Counted from the first letter of the stretch, positions 11,056 through 22,079 are shown. The stretch is 64,000 bases of DNA from Candidatus Bathyarchaeota archaeon (GCA_963826715.1 CAWGYA010000005.1:125239-189238); one strand, 5' to 3'. Numbers and translations: made by a program. Notes: generated from the sequence alone by a model not told the origin.

Positions 11056-11229
11056 TTAGAGTTTTTCAGGGGCGCAGAGATTTTCTCCTTTGGCAGCTGT
11101 TCGCATACACCCTTTACAGATGTATTTTGCATCTTTCACAAGTGGCTTTATCTTCTCTATAGATACTTTGTCCTCTACCATTTTGCAGAGGTGATTTTCA
11201 TGTCCAGGATGAGGTTGAGCTTTCGACAA
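11056..11229 (-). CDS. small Cys/His-rich protein (57 aa), absent from the ORF track
   Basis: TTG start; MSKAQPHPGHENHLCKM...YICKGCMRTAAKGENLCAPEKL. Confidence 0.7.
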   Translation of the reverse strand: MSKAQPHPGHENHLCKMVEDKVSIEKIKPLVKDAKYICKGCMRTAAKGENLCAPEKL

Positions 11230-11721
11230 AACATAACACCTAAGCTATTGGGGGCTATAATGTTAAATATACTATTGTGATTGTGCCCTCACAGTAACAA
11301 AATAGAATGCTATTTTCAAAGCTTTACTATCTTTCGAAATTTTATTTAAAAGAGAAATGAGGCTATTTTACCATACTTATGCAACAAATAATGTTGCAAA
11401 AGTGGAAAACCAAATAAAGGGTACATTTTCAATTAAAATGTATGGTAAAAAAGTTTTAAAACTTTTGATTTTGCGACAATTTTTAGGGAAAGCGATTTAA
11501 CCATAATTTGAGCTTTATTTGCAAAACAAACAAAAATAAGAAAAAATAGTAAAAAAGAATTGAAAAGTTACCCCTCATTTAGGGTACAATTTGTAAAACC
11601 TAAGGTTCTGATTGGTTAAATTATTGCCATTTTTTCCATTAATTTTAGAGTGAGTTTACAAATATGATTGACCAAGAAGAGATACAGCGTTAAGGTAAAA
11701 TCTTAGTTAGTTTTCTCATAT

Positions 11722-12177
11722 TTGGTAATGTTGGCAGAGACAGAACAAATACTTAATGCATCAACATTTCAAACCTACGTCTATCTTGTTAAGGTTGGAA
11801 AACCAGTTGGACCAAGAGATGTAATGCGTGGCGCTAACCTAAGTAGTCCAAGTGTAGCTTATAGAAACCTACAAAAACTTATGGAATTGGGTCTAGTTAC
11901 TAAAGACCCATATGGAAATTATGTTGCTAAGGAAAAGATGGGCCTGAAAGGTTATGTTTGGGTTGGAAAAACGCTGATTCCAAGGTTTGCCGTTTTTGGT
12001 TTGATTTTCATAGGAGTGTTAATCACTGAATTTGTAGTTCTTCTGCCGCATTTATTCTTTGGTGCTTCAATTGAAGGGGCATTTTGGCTTTTGATCATAG
12101 TTACAATCGTTTCGGCAACGATTTTTATGGTCGAAGCTTTAAAATTTCGAAAGAAGACTAAATTAGCGAAATCTTGA
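11722..12177 (+). CDS. winged-HTH protein with two C-terminal TM helices
   Basis: VGPRDVMRGANLSSPSVAYRNLQKLMELGLV followed by hydrophobic helices. Confidence 0.8.
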   Translation: MVMLAETEQILNASTFQTYVYLVKVGKPVGPRDVMRGANLSSPSVAYRNLQKLMELGLVTKDPYGNYVAKEKMGLKGYVWVGKTLIPRFAVFGLIFIGVLITEFVVLLPHLFFGASIEGAFWLLIIVTIVSATIFMVEALKFRKKTKLAKS

Positions 12178-12270
12178 CTTGGTTCAATTATGCTGTTCCA
12201 GTTCTGGAACATTTTGTTCTGTGAGTAGAACTAAATCAGAGTTTGTCAACTCTTCGATTGGTGAACTCTT

Positions 12271-13281
12271 ATGAGTAACATTCAAGAAAAATACTCTTTC
12301 AAAATCCGGTTCTGCATATTCATCACAGTAATAGTCTATCTTGTTTATTCGGTGTTTTTTGCACTTTATGGTTTACAGTTTAGTGTTCAACTTTCCAAGG
12401 ATACTTATGTTTACGACTTGATTTCTAAGAACCCACTTTTTTGGCAGATACTGTATTACCTCAGTGAGGGTGTAACGGGTTCAATTGCTATTGTTCTTAG
12501 GGCTTTTGCTGCTTTTTTTGCTGTTATTGCCGCATACTTGTATTGGCGGAAAAAAGATGTAGCGATGTTATCAGTTCGTAAATATGCTTCAAGGGCGCTG
12601 CTTTTAGAAACATCTTTTTTCTTGGCGATTATGCCTTCAATTATTGCTGCGATTGTCTACAACTTACCAACTAGTGATTACCTTTTTTACTTTGATCACT
12701 CTCCCGAACAGATATTGCTTTTCGGCACAGCCATCCCCTGTCTAGCTATGACTATTACTACAGTTCCGTTGCTGCTTAAACTTCGATCCAAAATTAATGC
12801 TGATGCTCCTCAAAAGGAGATTATAAAGTGGGCTAGTCTTGCTGGAATTGCATACGTTATTGTTGTTTTCTGGTTCAACTATTGCATGCTCTGGATAGCT
12901 AACATGGTGCCCTATCCGCGTGCTAATCAAGTGTTTGGTTTAGATTTTCTTCTTCAACCAATTAACTTGGTGTCCTTTGTTGTCACAGTATTTGGACTAT
13001 TTGTAATAGGTTTAGCTGCTGTGTGGACGCTTCGTCCAGCAATAGACGGAAAAGTAGGTGAAGTTAACCTTAAAGCCCTAGGCGGAGTAATGATTGCATT
13101 CTCATGCTACTTTATTTTCAATACACTCTACTATATAGCAACTGGCGGTTATGAGGCGCATCCAAGTGTCTGGTACGAAGTTATCAGTCCAATGCATAAT
13201 GCTAACCTATGGACCATAGCTCTGATAATTATTGGGGTACCCTTGCTTTTTTCGGGTATGAAGAATGAGGTTATTACATGA
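12271..13281 (+). CDS. polytopic membrane protein
   Basis: About 8 hydrophobic segments. Confidence 0.75.
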   Translation: MSNIQEKYSFKIRFCIFITVIVYLVYSVFFALYGLQFSVQLSKDTYVYDLISKNPLFWQILYYLSEGVTGSIAIVLRAFAAFFAVIAAYLYWRKKDVAMLSVRKYASRALLLETSFFLAIMPSIIAAIVYNLPTSDYLFYFDHSPEQILLFGTAIPCLAMTITTVPLLLKLRSKINADAPQKEIIKWASLAGIAYVIVVFWFNYCMLWIANMVPYPRANQVFGLDFLLQPINLVSFVVTVFGLFVIGLAAVWTLRPAIDGKVGEVNLKALGGVMIAFSCYFIFNTLYYIATGGYEAHPSVWYEVISPMHNANLWTIALIIIGVPLLFSGMKNEVIT

Positions 13282-13723
13282 TGAGAAAAGATCTTCGGTA
13301 ACTTCCTTGAGACATTTTAAGGCATGCTCTATACTTTCTTTTCGAAGGTATTCTTTTGAGGTAACTTTTCGCATCTTTTTACCCTTCACAATAAATCATA
13401 GGTTGCTATTTCATGAGGCGTAATTTCTTTATTATTTTATACCCTAAACTAAATATACTATCCTATCCACCTACAAACGTCAATTTGTGTGTGTGAGGGA
13501 CTAAATTTTGGTCCTCAAATATCTGCCCTGAATACTTCTCACCAAGATTTTTTAGAAAGGCCCAAGAGTTTCATTTACCGCCCTTTTGTTTTTCCAAAAT
13601 TTTTACTTTTGCAAAAAACCTATAATATTTAAAAACTATTCGTTAAATGAACATTTTTCTTAAAATAATGTTCATCCGCAAGTTTTATTATATAAAAACC
13701 GCAAATTAACTTGAGTGCATTTT

Positions 13724-14233
13724 ATGCCGACACAAAAAGAAAATGAACTAAGCCGCGAAAATAAAATAATGAATGCAGTAATTAATACTAGTATAATTCT
13801 AATGAGTACCTTAATGGATGGTTTTGGTGAACTTATAATTGGTGCAGCAGGCGCAATGGCATCGGGAATGGCTGAAATTGCAGGCGGAGAAGGCGCTAAA
13901 GAAGAAACCGAAAAAGAATTCAAACAAAAACTACCCCAAGTCTCTGACAAAATGAGAGCAATGATATCAGATATAAGAAAAGACTTATATGAACAGAGGG
14001 AACAAAAAAGATTAGAAATAAAACCATTTTTATCAGATCCCCTTTTCGATGTTGGACCAGAAACCATTGAAAAATACGATTTTGGTATTCCAAAACTAAC
14101 ACAAGAACTCGACGATAACGTCCTTGCACAGTATTCTTATCTGCTTCTCAGTGAAGATGGAACATTTGGTGAACTCTTTAGGTCTCTTGGAGAGTGGTTG
14201 AACAACCTGCCCACTTTTCCAGAGAAAAAATAG
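13724..14233 (+). CDS. hypothetical protein
   Basis: Long open frame with ATG at 13724. Confidence 0.7.
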   Translation: MPTQKENELSRENKIMNAVINTSIILMSTLMDGFGELIIGAAGAMASGMAEIAGGEGAKEETEKEFKQKLPQVSDKMRAMISDIRKDLYEQREQKRLEIKPFLSDPLFDVGPETIEKYDFGIPKLTQELDDNVLAQYSYLLLSEDGTFGELFRSLGEWLNNLPTFPEKK

Positions 14234-14261
14234 AGCATACGTCATATTAACGAGTCAGTCT

Positions 14262-15311
14262 TTGATGCTAAGAATTACTCACAAAATAATTGCGGAAAAA
14301 ATCGCGAGTAATTTGAGCTTTTCACCTCAAAATTCAAATATTTTTGTTGATGGAGTGCTAGGTCCAGATACCCACGGAGATTTCCCACACAAAACAGGAA
14401 AAGATAGCAAAATCCTTCAAAAGATCAGTGAAGCACGCCAAATCTTTTTCTTGAATGACGATTGTTCTTATGGAGAACTTGGGACTGCATTACATTATAT
14501 CCAGGATAAATGGGTAGACGATTTCAAGTTTGTTAATCAAACGAACCTACCCATAGATGATGACTCAGTATTCACAGAAAAAATTGAACATAAACAAATG
14601 CCTGAAAACCTCAAGCAAGAATATCTTAAAATTGCAAAAATGCTTTTTAGAATAAAAGATTTTGGAATTGACTCATGGTTTAATCATCAGTGGGGCATTT
14701 GGCATAAAGACTTCGCAAGTTGTGTCCTCGTGTTTGCAGACATAGTGGAAATAATGATGTCTACTTTGCAACCAAAAAGTACAATATTAAATGACAAAAC
14801 AAAACTAAAACAATACGTTCTATCAGAAGCATTTAAAACGGCAATTAACGATGGCTTTTTTGCCTCATTAAAAACAAATTATCTTTATCCAAAAATACAA
14901 GGCTACACAGCAGCAATGTTTACACTCTCACTGGTTAGTCCCCCATCAAATCAGAATTACCCTGAGATTAACCTTCAAATAGTCTATAGACTTAGCCAAG
15001 AAATCGCAAGATACACACTTGCTAAACCTGAACAATTCAACTACCCCGATGACTGGACACATAAAATTGATCTACGACCTGCAAAAATTGGTTTACTGAA
15101 ACCACACTATTTAACTCTAATAGAGCGACCAATACAGGAAGTCCACAAAGAGAGGCTATTCAATTTCTTTGGCGAAAACCAACATTTTCAGCTTGAATAC
15201 CTAAATATTCAAAATACGCTATCAACAATAAAACGATCTGAAACCTGGAAGATTATACTTTCAGAACTAATGGAAATACTCAAAAGAGAAGAAAATAGGT
15301 TGCTATTATAA
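14262..15311 (+). CDS. protein with N-terminal Zn-dependent phospholipase C/S1-P1-like motifs
   Basis: THKIIA, GVLGPD..H, LGTALHYIQD metal-ligand pattern. Confidence 0.55.
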   Translation: MMLRITHKIIAEKIASNLSFSPQNSNIFVDGVLGPDTHGDFPHKTGKDSKILQKISEARQIFFLNDDCSYGELGTALHYIQDKWVDDFKFVNQTNLPIDDDSVFTEKIEHKQMPENLKQEYLKIAKMLFRIKDFGIDSWFNHQWGIWHKDFASCVLVFADIVEIMMSTLQPKSTILNDKTKLKQYVLSEAFKTAINDGFFASLKTNYLYPKIQGYTAAMFTLSLVSPPSNQNYPEINLQIVYRLSQEIARYTLAKPEQFNYPDDWTHKIDLRPAKIGLLKPHYLTLIERPIQEVHKERLFNFFGENQHFQLEYLNIQNTLSTIKRSETWKIILSELMEILKREENRLLL

Positions 15312-15857
15312 GAAAACGTTCAAGGCACGCTTATATCCCCAAATTATACTAATCAACGCCCGCTTAACTTTAGAACACGTTTCATAGAAATCCCTGGCAC
15401 CTGCTTCTTTAATGAAGAGGCGCGCTTGTACTTCCCAAGCATCAGGATCAAACTCATCCGGACCAAACACCGTGAAATCAACACCCATAAGAAGCAAGTT
15501 CAACTTAAGATCCCATATGAGTTCTTTAAATCGACCCAAATCACTTCTTTTTAATAAATCACGATCAGATTTTGGAATGTTTACTCTACTAATCAGCAAA
15601 AAATATGCATCCGTCGGCTTCTGATGAACAAGTTGTACTTGAGGAAAATTTTTACTTTCAAAAAAATTTATAACAAAACTAAACTTTGAATAAGGAGACG
15701 AATCAAATGTAAATCCAGTCTCCGTAATCCAGCCTTTAACCTCAAAAATAAGTTGTTCACGGTCAAACGATAACATTTTAACCAAACTTATGTTAAGGAG
15801 ATAGTTATTTATAACCAATCCGTGAATTTGTCTCAATTTATGTACTGAAACTTGCAA
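15306..15857 (-). CDS. conserved archaeal protein (DUF2299-like); true start probably at MLSFDRE
   Basis: VKGWITETGF...FKELIWDLKLNLLLMGVDF. Confidence 0.55.
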   Translation of the reverse strand: MQVSVHKLRQIHGLVINNYLLNISLVKMLSFDREQLIFEVKGWITETGFTFDSSPYSKFSFVINFFESKNFPQVQLVHQKPTDAYFLLISRVNIPKSDRDLLKRSDLGRFKELIWDLKLNLLLMGVDFTVFGPDEFDPDAWEVQARLFIKEAGARDFYETCSKVKRALISIIWGYKRALNVFL

Positions 15858-16070
15858 ATTTAAGATATTTTTTCTTAAACATGCAGTAGATTTTAGGCTT
15901 CATCGGTCTTCAAAAAATTGGATAGTCATAGCAATCGATTACGAGCGGTGGGGGATTTAACTCTTAATATATTGACCCAAACAAGAAAATTATTGAGACC
16001 ACTTTGATCTTCCTAAGTGACTTTCCTTTTTCAAAGAAAATTTAGTTTTCACAATATAGAGCTTCGTCAT

Positions 16071-19000
16071 TTAGGAATGAAAATTGAGGGTGAATTTTGT
16101 CCCCTTTTCGCTTTCACTCTCAAAAGTCACGGTTCCACTCATTGCTTCTGTCAGTTTCTTAACTACGGCTAAGCCGAAGCCTTGACCTTTAGCTTTAGTA
16201 GTAAACAATGGCTTGAACATGTTGCTCTTAGCTTCTTCAGGTATGCCAGTCCCGTTATCTTCAACAGTAATAATTGCATTATCTTTCTGGCGGCAAGCTC
16301 TTATTGTCAGTTTACCTGTAATGGGCATAGCTTGAACCGCATTGGAAACTAGATTTGTTATTATCCTCTTCAAATAAGACTCATCTAAAATGAGCATCGG
16401 GAAGTTTTTTTCCATTAAAATAGAGACAGTTATCCGTTGAGGAATATTGGCTTCCGATAATATTTCTTGAATTATTTCTTTCACGTTAACTGGGGCTAAT
16501 TGAGGTACCTGTTTTCTTGCAAAATCTTGAAGGTCAGAAACTATCTTGTTGATGTAACCCAAGTTCTTTTCTATGCTCCCTAAACTCTCACTGATACTCT
16601 TTTTCTCTTCGCTTTCAGGAATAGAAGCCAAATCTGACTTGACCAAATAAATATCACAGGTAATCGCTTGTAATGGATTACGAATATCGTGACCCACCAT
16701 GCCTGCAGTTTTTCCGATAGTTGCCAAAATTTCAGAGTCCACAAGTTCCCCCGCTTGTTCTATAACTTGATGTTCCAAAGTTGCGGTGTGAAGTTTCCGG
16801 TTATTTTCCCATACCTTAATCTCCGTTATGTCAGAAAAGGACAAGACTGCTCCACCTACCTTCTTTTCATAGGTTATATAGGGGCGAATCCTCATCTGGT
16901 ACCATCGGTCCTTCGCATTAATTTCTTTTCTAATTATAATTAGTTTAGTTGTCACTTCTGAAAGTTCTTTTTCCAATTCTTCCGTCGGAATACCCAGCCG
17001 AATCTCAACTATTGAATGTTCAATATCGCTGGAGGTAAGCCTTAAAAGCTCTTGAGCTGAACTCGTAAAGCGTTTTATCTTAAATTCATTGTCAACAATA
17101 ACTACAGCTGTGTCAATGTTGTCCATAAGGTTGACAAGGTCATCATTCAAATTCGAAACAGTTTGATTGCGATTCTTAAGTTCATCATTTAAAGTAGTCA
17201 GTTCCTCATTAGTCGACTGCAGCTCTTCTTTAGCAGTTTCTAACTCCTCGTTGGTGCTCATCATCTCTTCATTGCCAGATTGGAGTTCTTCCAAAGAAGA
17301 ATTGAGCTCCTCATTGGTTGCTTCTTGCTGTTCTATAACAGTCTGCAATGTTTGCTTAGTAGATTCTAACCATTCACTTAACTCTTTGATTTGTTGGTCC
17401 TTTACACTTTCAGTTTCGAGTTGAACGTTTGTGAGTTCAGTCGATTGGTGCGAAGGTATTATTTTGGTGTCTTCCTTGAACAACACAAGAAAGAAACTAT
17501 CTTCTTTTTCCGAAATGATTATGGGTTTTATTTTGATTGTAACAGTTTTTGTTTGATTATTCTGTTCAACGCAAACGGTCTCTGTTTTTTCTTTTTTATC
17601 TTTTTTTGCTCTATAAACAGCCGACTGAAGGGCAGGTCGTAGTTCTTTTTGAACTATTTTAGTTACGTTTAAAGTTGCTGTGCCTGCCTCAATTGATAGG
17701 TAGGGGTCAACTTTCCCTCGGAACCCCAACACATCCAAGTTACTATTAATAACCAGGGAAGCCGGAACAAATTCCGACATTAAAAGTCGATCAACTTCCT
17801 TTTCCAACAGTGTTATCGAATCGTTTTTACGGGGTTGCTCAAATGTTTTTTTCAAAAAGTATGGTTGGGAGACTTCCGTTCGAAAATCCATTCTGGGTTG
17901 AGTTAGTTTCTTCTTAAAAATCACACCCTTACTCGTCATTGGTTCAAAGAGATAGGTGAATTTTCCTATGCTTTCAGATTCTCCCAGCGTTAGGTAGCCG
18001 TTGGGTTTTAATCCATAGTGGAAGAAGGGTATTATTTTTTCTTGGAGCTTTGTGTCAAAATATATGAGTAAATTTCTGCAGACAATCAGGTCCAGATTCG
18101 AAAATGGGGGGTCATTTGTCAGGTCATGTTTTGCGAATATGCACATATCACGAATTTGCTTTGTTATCTGGTAATTCCCATTGATTGCTAAGAAGAACTT
18201 TTTTATTCGTTTTTCTGAAATACTGCCTTCTATGGTTTTGAGATAGATTCCCCGCCGTGCTTTTTCGATGTTTTTATCGTTAACATCTGTTCCAAAAACT
18301 TGGATTTGAGTATCAAGTATATTTTTTTCTTCCAGAAATTCTTGGATTGCTATTGCGATGGAATAGGCTTCTTCTCCTGTTGAGCATCCGGGAACCCAAA
18401 CTCGTATGAGTTGGTTGGATGGTTTTTTTTCAGTTAGTGTATGGAAGATATTCTTTTTTAAAAGTGAGAATGTTTGGGGTTCTCTGAAAAAACCTGTTAC
18501 TCCTATTAGTAGGTCTTCAAACAGGGCTTGAACTTCATCTTTATGGGTTCTCAAGTATTCAACGTATTTTTTTAAGGATTCAATATTTTTCAGGACCATG
18601 CGCCGACTTATACGTCGGTCTGTTGTGGTTTTTTTGTAGTTCGTGAAATTCACGTTCAAAGTTGCTTTTAGGATAGCAAATATTGCTTGTTTGTCATTTC
18701 CTCCCTCTTCAGATTGCACTCCGGTGGGTTCTATTTTTTGGCGGATGATCTCGGGGTGCTTGGCGATTTCAGCTAGTTCGTGGGCTATCTTTACTGGAGG
18801 TAGCACGATGTCTACAGTATCTTCAGAAATAGCATTGTTGGGCATGTCGGGGTACTGGGCGGATTTTGGGTCTTGGGCAAATGTGATTCCGCCTTCCCCT
18901 TTTATGAACTTTAATCCTTCTGTTCCATCGGAGCCTGTTCCTGAAAGTATGATTCCTCTTGCCTGAGTTTTGCGCTCTTGGGCTAACGAAACAAGAAATT

Positions 19001-19385
19001 CATCGATGGGTTTATTAAATTCACGTTTTGGTTTAAGCTTTAGCGTGCCATCTTCAATAGTCATAGTTACTCCGGAAGGAATTACATAAATACGATTTGA
19101 TTCAATTTTTTCTCCATTTTCAACTTTATCTACTGGCATTTTGGTGAATCTGGAGAGTATTTCAGGCAACATGCTTTCTTGACCCGCCGCAAGGTGCTGA
19201 ATAACTACAAAGGCAAATCCAGTGTTTTCAGGTAAATTCTCCAACAATAATTTGATTGCCTCAAGACCGCCTGCTGAAGCTCCTATCCCGACAATCGGGA
19301 AAGTTAAGTTAGGATTGCTAATAACTTCCATTTTTTTGCTTTCTAGACGCACACCAATATTTTGCAAAAATAAACCTTCAAACAA
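16071..19385 (-). CDS. CheB-CheR-coiled coil-PAS-histidine kinase fusion (host copy); start uncertain
   Basis: GIGASAGG, QH, GTGSDG (CheB); WVPGCSTGEEAYS, CRNLLIYF (CheR); GHDIRNPL H-box; NAVQA, DNGTG, GQGFGL. Confidence 0.92.
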   Translation of the reverse strand: MFEGLFLQNIGVRLESKKMEVISNPNLTFPIVGIGASAGGLEAIKLLLENLPENTGFAFVVIQHLAAGQESMLPEILSRFTKMPVDKVENGEKIESNRIYVIPSGVTMTIEDGTLKLKPKREFNKPIDEFLVSLAQERKTQARGIILSGTGSDGTEGLKFIKGEGGITFAQDPKSAQYPDMPNNAISEDTVDIVLPPVKIAHELAEIAKHPEIIRQKIEPTGVQSEEGGNDKQAIFAILKATLNVNFTNYKKTTTDRRISRRMVLKNIESLKKYVEYLRTHKDEVQALFEDLLIGVTGFFREPQTFSLLKKNIFHTLTEKKPSNQLIRVWVPGCSTGEEAYSIAIAIQEFLEEKNILDTQIQVFGTDVNDKNIEKARRGIYLKTIEGSISEKRIKKFFLAINGNYQITKQIRDMCIFAKHDLTNDPPFSNLDLIVCRNLLIYFDTKLQEKIIPFFHYGLKPNGYLTLGESESIGKFTYLFEPMTSKGVIFKKKLTQPRMDFRTEVSQPYFLKKTFEQPRKNDSITLLEKEVDRLLMSEFVPASLVINSNLDVLGFRGKVDPYLSIEAGTATLNVTKIVQKELRPALQSAVYRAKKDKKEKTETVCVEQNNQTKTVTIKIKPIIISEKEDSFFLVLFKEDTKIIPSHQSTELTNVQLETESVKDQQIKELSEWLESTKQTLQTVIEQQEATNEELNSSLEELQSGNEEMMSTNEELETAKEELQSTNEELTTLNDELKNRNQTVSNLNDDLVNLMDNIDTAVVIVDNEFKIKRFTSSAQELLRLTSSDIEHSIVEIRLGIPTEELEKELSEVTTKLIIIRKEINAKDRWYQMRIRPYITYEKKVGGAVLSFSDITEIKVWENNRKLHTATLEHQVIEQAGELVDSEILATIGKTAGMVGHDIRNPLQAITCDIYLVKSDLASIPESEEKKSISESLGSIEKNLGYINKIVSDLQDFARKQVPQLAPVNVKEIIQEILSEANIPQRITVSILMEKNFPMLILDESYLKRIITNLVSNAVQAMPITGKLTIRACRQKDNAIITVEDNGTGIPEEAKSNMFKPLFTTKAKGQGFGLAVVKKLTEAMSGTVTFESESEKGTKFTLNFHS

Positions 19386-19575
19386 ATAATAATACTTTTT
19401 AGGTGACTTTTAGCAATAAAGTTTGCGGTAATTGAGGAAACGACTTCTTAACTTTCTTGAAGAAGCGCAAAAGAGCTTCAAGCTAAAGATTGTTAGGTAT
19501 GTGCTGTTGACCATTGAAATATGGTTCCTTAACTAAACATCGGTATAGTCGTCCAAGTAATGAGGTGGCTTATTA

Positions 19576-19731
19576 TCATTCTTTATATAATGATTCTTTT
19601 GCTTCTTCTGTGAGGTCTTTTTCTTCTTCAACAAATTCGTCAAGAGATTTTGCAAGAAGCTCTGCTTGTTCCTCAGTAAAACCATATTCTATTAACGATT
19701 TCTTGAAACGCGTTCGATCCTCAAATGGCAT
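19576..19731 (-). CDS. small acidic hypothetical protein (51 aa), absent from the ORF track
   Basis: MPFEDRTRFKKSLIEYGFTEEQAELLAKSLDEF..., preceded by GGTG. Confidence 0.5.
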   Translation of the reverse strand: MPFEDRTRFKKSLIEYGFTEEQAELLAKSLDEFVEEEKDLTEEAKESLYKE

Positions 19732-19934
19732 CCAAGGCACCAATATATCATAAGTCGCTCAATCTAATTAACAATTTCCAAAAATCTGCCAATAGATGAC
19801 ATTGGAATGTGAACACGAAGATATTTTCCCCGTAATCCACTCTTTTAATGCGCCCACTTTGTTTGAATATTAACTGTTTGTGAAATTGTTATAAATTGCT
19901 TGTAGGTAAGTTATAGTTTCAGAGGTTGTTTTAG

Positions 19935-20156
19935 TTGAAATTTAAAATTGAAATTGATAGAGAGAACTGTATTGCTTGTGGAACATGTTACTCTTTAGAC
20001 CCTGTTCATTTTGAACCTAGCGAAGACCGAAAATCAAAAGTGGTGGGTGGAAGTACCAATGAAAAATCTGAAGGCTCATTTGATGATGATAAACTGGATG
20101 ACGCTCAAGAAGCTGAAGAATCTTGCCCTGTAAACGTCATAAAAGTTACGACTTAG
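19935..20156 (+). CDS. monocluster ferredoxin
   Basis: CIACGTC...CPVNVI. Confidence 0.9.
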   Translation: MKFKIEIDRENCIACGTCYSLDPVHFEPSEDRKSKVVGGSTNEKSEGSFDDDKLDDAQEAEESCPVNVIKVTT

Positions 20157-20426
20157 TCCTAACCTAACATGCAATATGGTAATTCCTGTGCTTATTTTAT
20201 CCCACGTTAGTTGAAACTCTCTTCGGGTCTGAGGGTTCAACATCAACCAATTTTCTATCCACAAAAGGATAAAGATCGACGAATAAGAAATTTCAATTTC
20301 TTCTTTATCTAACAAATCATTCTAAGTATGTTTTTGACAATGGAAACAAACACAAAATAGATAAACCCTGTTTGACGGCAGAGGGTCCTTAAGGACCAAC
20401 AAAAAATGTTGGAAATTTATTGTTTA

Positions 20427-20714
20427 TTAAGGCTTTGCGAGGGTTATTTCCATCGTGGAAACCATTCGAGATCTGTTTTCGCCTTCACGTGGTGGCATTT
20501 CAACGGTGCCAATTGCCAGGTTTTTCACTTTCAGGTCTTTTATGAAGCGGTGCCTTGCGATTTCTGCGCAGTCAACTGCAGTGGTGATTGCTTGGCCTCT
20601 TGCTTTTAGAGTTATTTCTTTTTGGGATCCGGAAAATGCGGTTATGATGGCGAGTACATAGCTCATTGGTGGTTTGTTTCCGACGAAAATTACGTCATTA
20701 GATTTTTCAGTCAT
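20427..20714 (-). CDS. albA: chromatin protein Alba
   Basis: IFVGNKPPMSYVLA, LKARGQAITTAVDCAE, VSTMEITL. Confidence 0.96.
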   Translation of the reverse strand: MTEKSNDVIFVGNKPPMSYVLAIITAFSGSQKEITLKARGQAITTAVDCAEIARHRFIKDLKVKNLAIGTVEMPPREGENRSRMVSTMEITLAKP

Positions 20715-20950
20715 ATACTTTTCACTTCTGAGTTTTAATGTAATCCTTGATTATATAACTACCGCTGTTTCAGAAACTTCTGAAGGGATTGTGTAGGGAA
20801 TTCTATTGAGCAAGGTCCTATTCTAAATCTAATATTAGAAAAAATAAGAATAATTAATGAAAGTCTGTTTCTATTCTCCACAATCCATTAATCATTTTAC
20901 AGAAATGAACACTTTTAAGACTGTTTTTGCAGTAATATTTTGGGATATCC

Positions 20951-21481
20951 ATGGATTTTAATGATGTTGTTTCATCAAGAAAAAGCGTTCGAGGATATTC
21001 AGACAAACCCGTTGAAGAAGAAAAACTCATGAAAGTACTCGAGGCTGCAAGGTTAGCACCTTCGTGGGCGAATAAACAATGTTGCAGGTACATCGTTGTC
21101 AAAGACGCGATCAAAATTCAAGAACTCTCCGGAAACTTTGGATGGCTCAAGCAGGCCCCTATCATATTAGTTGCCTGTGCTGATCCAAAAGATTCAGGTG
21201 ATCGAAACGGCATGAAATATTTTCTTGTAGATGTGGGTATTTCTATGCAGCAACTGGTTTTGACAGCAACCAATTTAGAACTCGGGACATGTTGGATTGG
21301 CGCATTTGATGAAGAAAAAATCAAAAGAGCTTTGAACATTCCAGAAAACGTCAAGGTCGTAGCGATGACACCTTTAGGTTACCCCGACAAAGAGGGGATT
21401 GGAAGCAAAATTCTTAAAGCTGCTATAGGAAGTGGAAAACGAAAAACTTTAGAGGAAATTGTTCACCGCGAAAAATGGTGA
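20951..21481 (+). CDS. nitroreductase family protein
   Basis: RKSVRGY, ARLAPSWANKQ, LGTCWIG, PLGYP. Confidence 0.92.
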   Translation: MDFNDVVSSRKSVRGYSDKPVEEEKLMKVLEAARLAPSWANKQCCRYIVVKDAIKIQELSGNFGWLKQAPIILVACADPKDSGDRNGMKYFLVDVGISMQQLVLTATNLELGTCWIGAFDEEKIKRALNIPENVKVVAMTPLGYPDKEGIGSKILKAAIGSGKRKTLEEIVHREKW

Positions 21482-21533
21482 AGGCTAAAGTACCCGAACA
21501 GGATACCGAAGCTAAATAATTTAGTAATTGAAG

Positions 21534-21827
21534 TTAAACATGTGGTGCCGTGAGCAGTTTGGTGGCTTCAGCCTCAGTCCATGCTTTCATCGTCATTGTG
21601 CGGATGTTTCCAATACTGGCTGTGCACAAAGCAATTGCTGCCATGTCTTCATCCTTTGGAATTTCAACTAGAAGAACAAAATCATATTTTCCCATTGTTG
21701 TGAAGAACTGCATTTTACCTCCGGCCTTTTCAATCATTTTTCTGCTTTGATTGAGTCTTTCCGGAAGCTCCACGATATTTTTTATTCCTTGTTCGGTCCA
21801 GTTTCCTAAAACAATAAAATTCGACAA
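21534..21827 (-). CDS. GYD domain protein
   Basis: WTEQGIKN, TMGKYDFV, GNIRTMTMKA. Confidence 0.85.
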   Translation of the reverse strand: MSNFIVLGNWTEQGIKNIVELPERLNQSRKMIEKAGGKMQFFTTMGKYDFVLLVEIPKDEDMAAIALCTASIGNIRTMTMKAWTEAEATKLLTAPHV

Positions 21828-22079
21828 AAATTATCACCAATATGACTTTGAAAAATTGGCTATAAAAGGATTCTGGACGTCGAAAAACACCTTTCTAAAT
21901 TCTCACAACTTCGCATTATGTTTTTTCGATATTTCTGTGGTTTAGAAAATCTTACCAAGAACTATTTTGTTCATTTCACTTAGTCTGAGCGAGGAGCTTG
22001 AACTGTATTGTTGTTCTACACATAAACTATATTGTGTAGTGATTAATATGATTTAATAGATTCTTTCTATAATCCATAT

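Noticed and set aside
11395-13600. ORB-like strings (AGTGGAAAACCAAATAAAGGGT near 11401; inverse near 13580) as a chromosomal origin
   Set aside because: They lack the TCCA half-site, are 2 kb apart with genes between, and no cdc6/orc1 gene is in the window.
16071-19385. Chemotaxis operon
   Set aside because: No cheA, cheW, cheY or MCP genes; this is a stand-alone CheB-CheR kinase fusion.
19514-19753. Plus-strand Ser-rich ORF
   Set aside because: Antisense shadow of a more plausible minus-strand ORF at 19576-19731.
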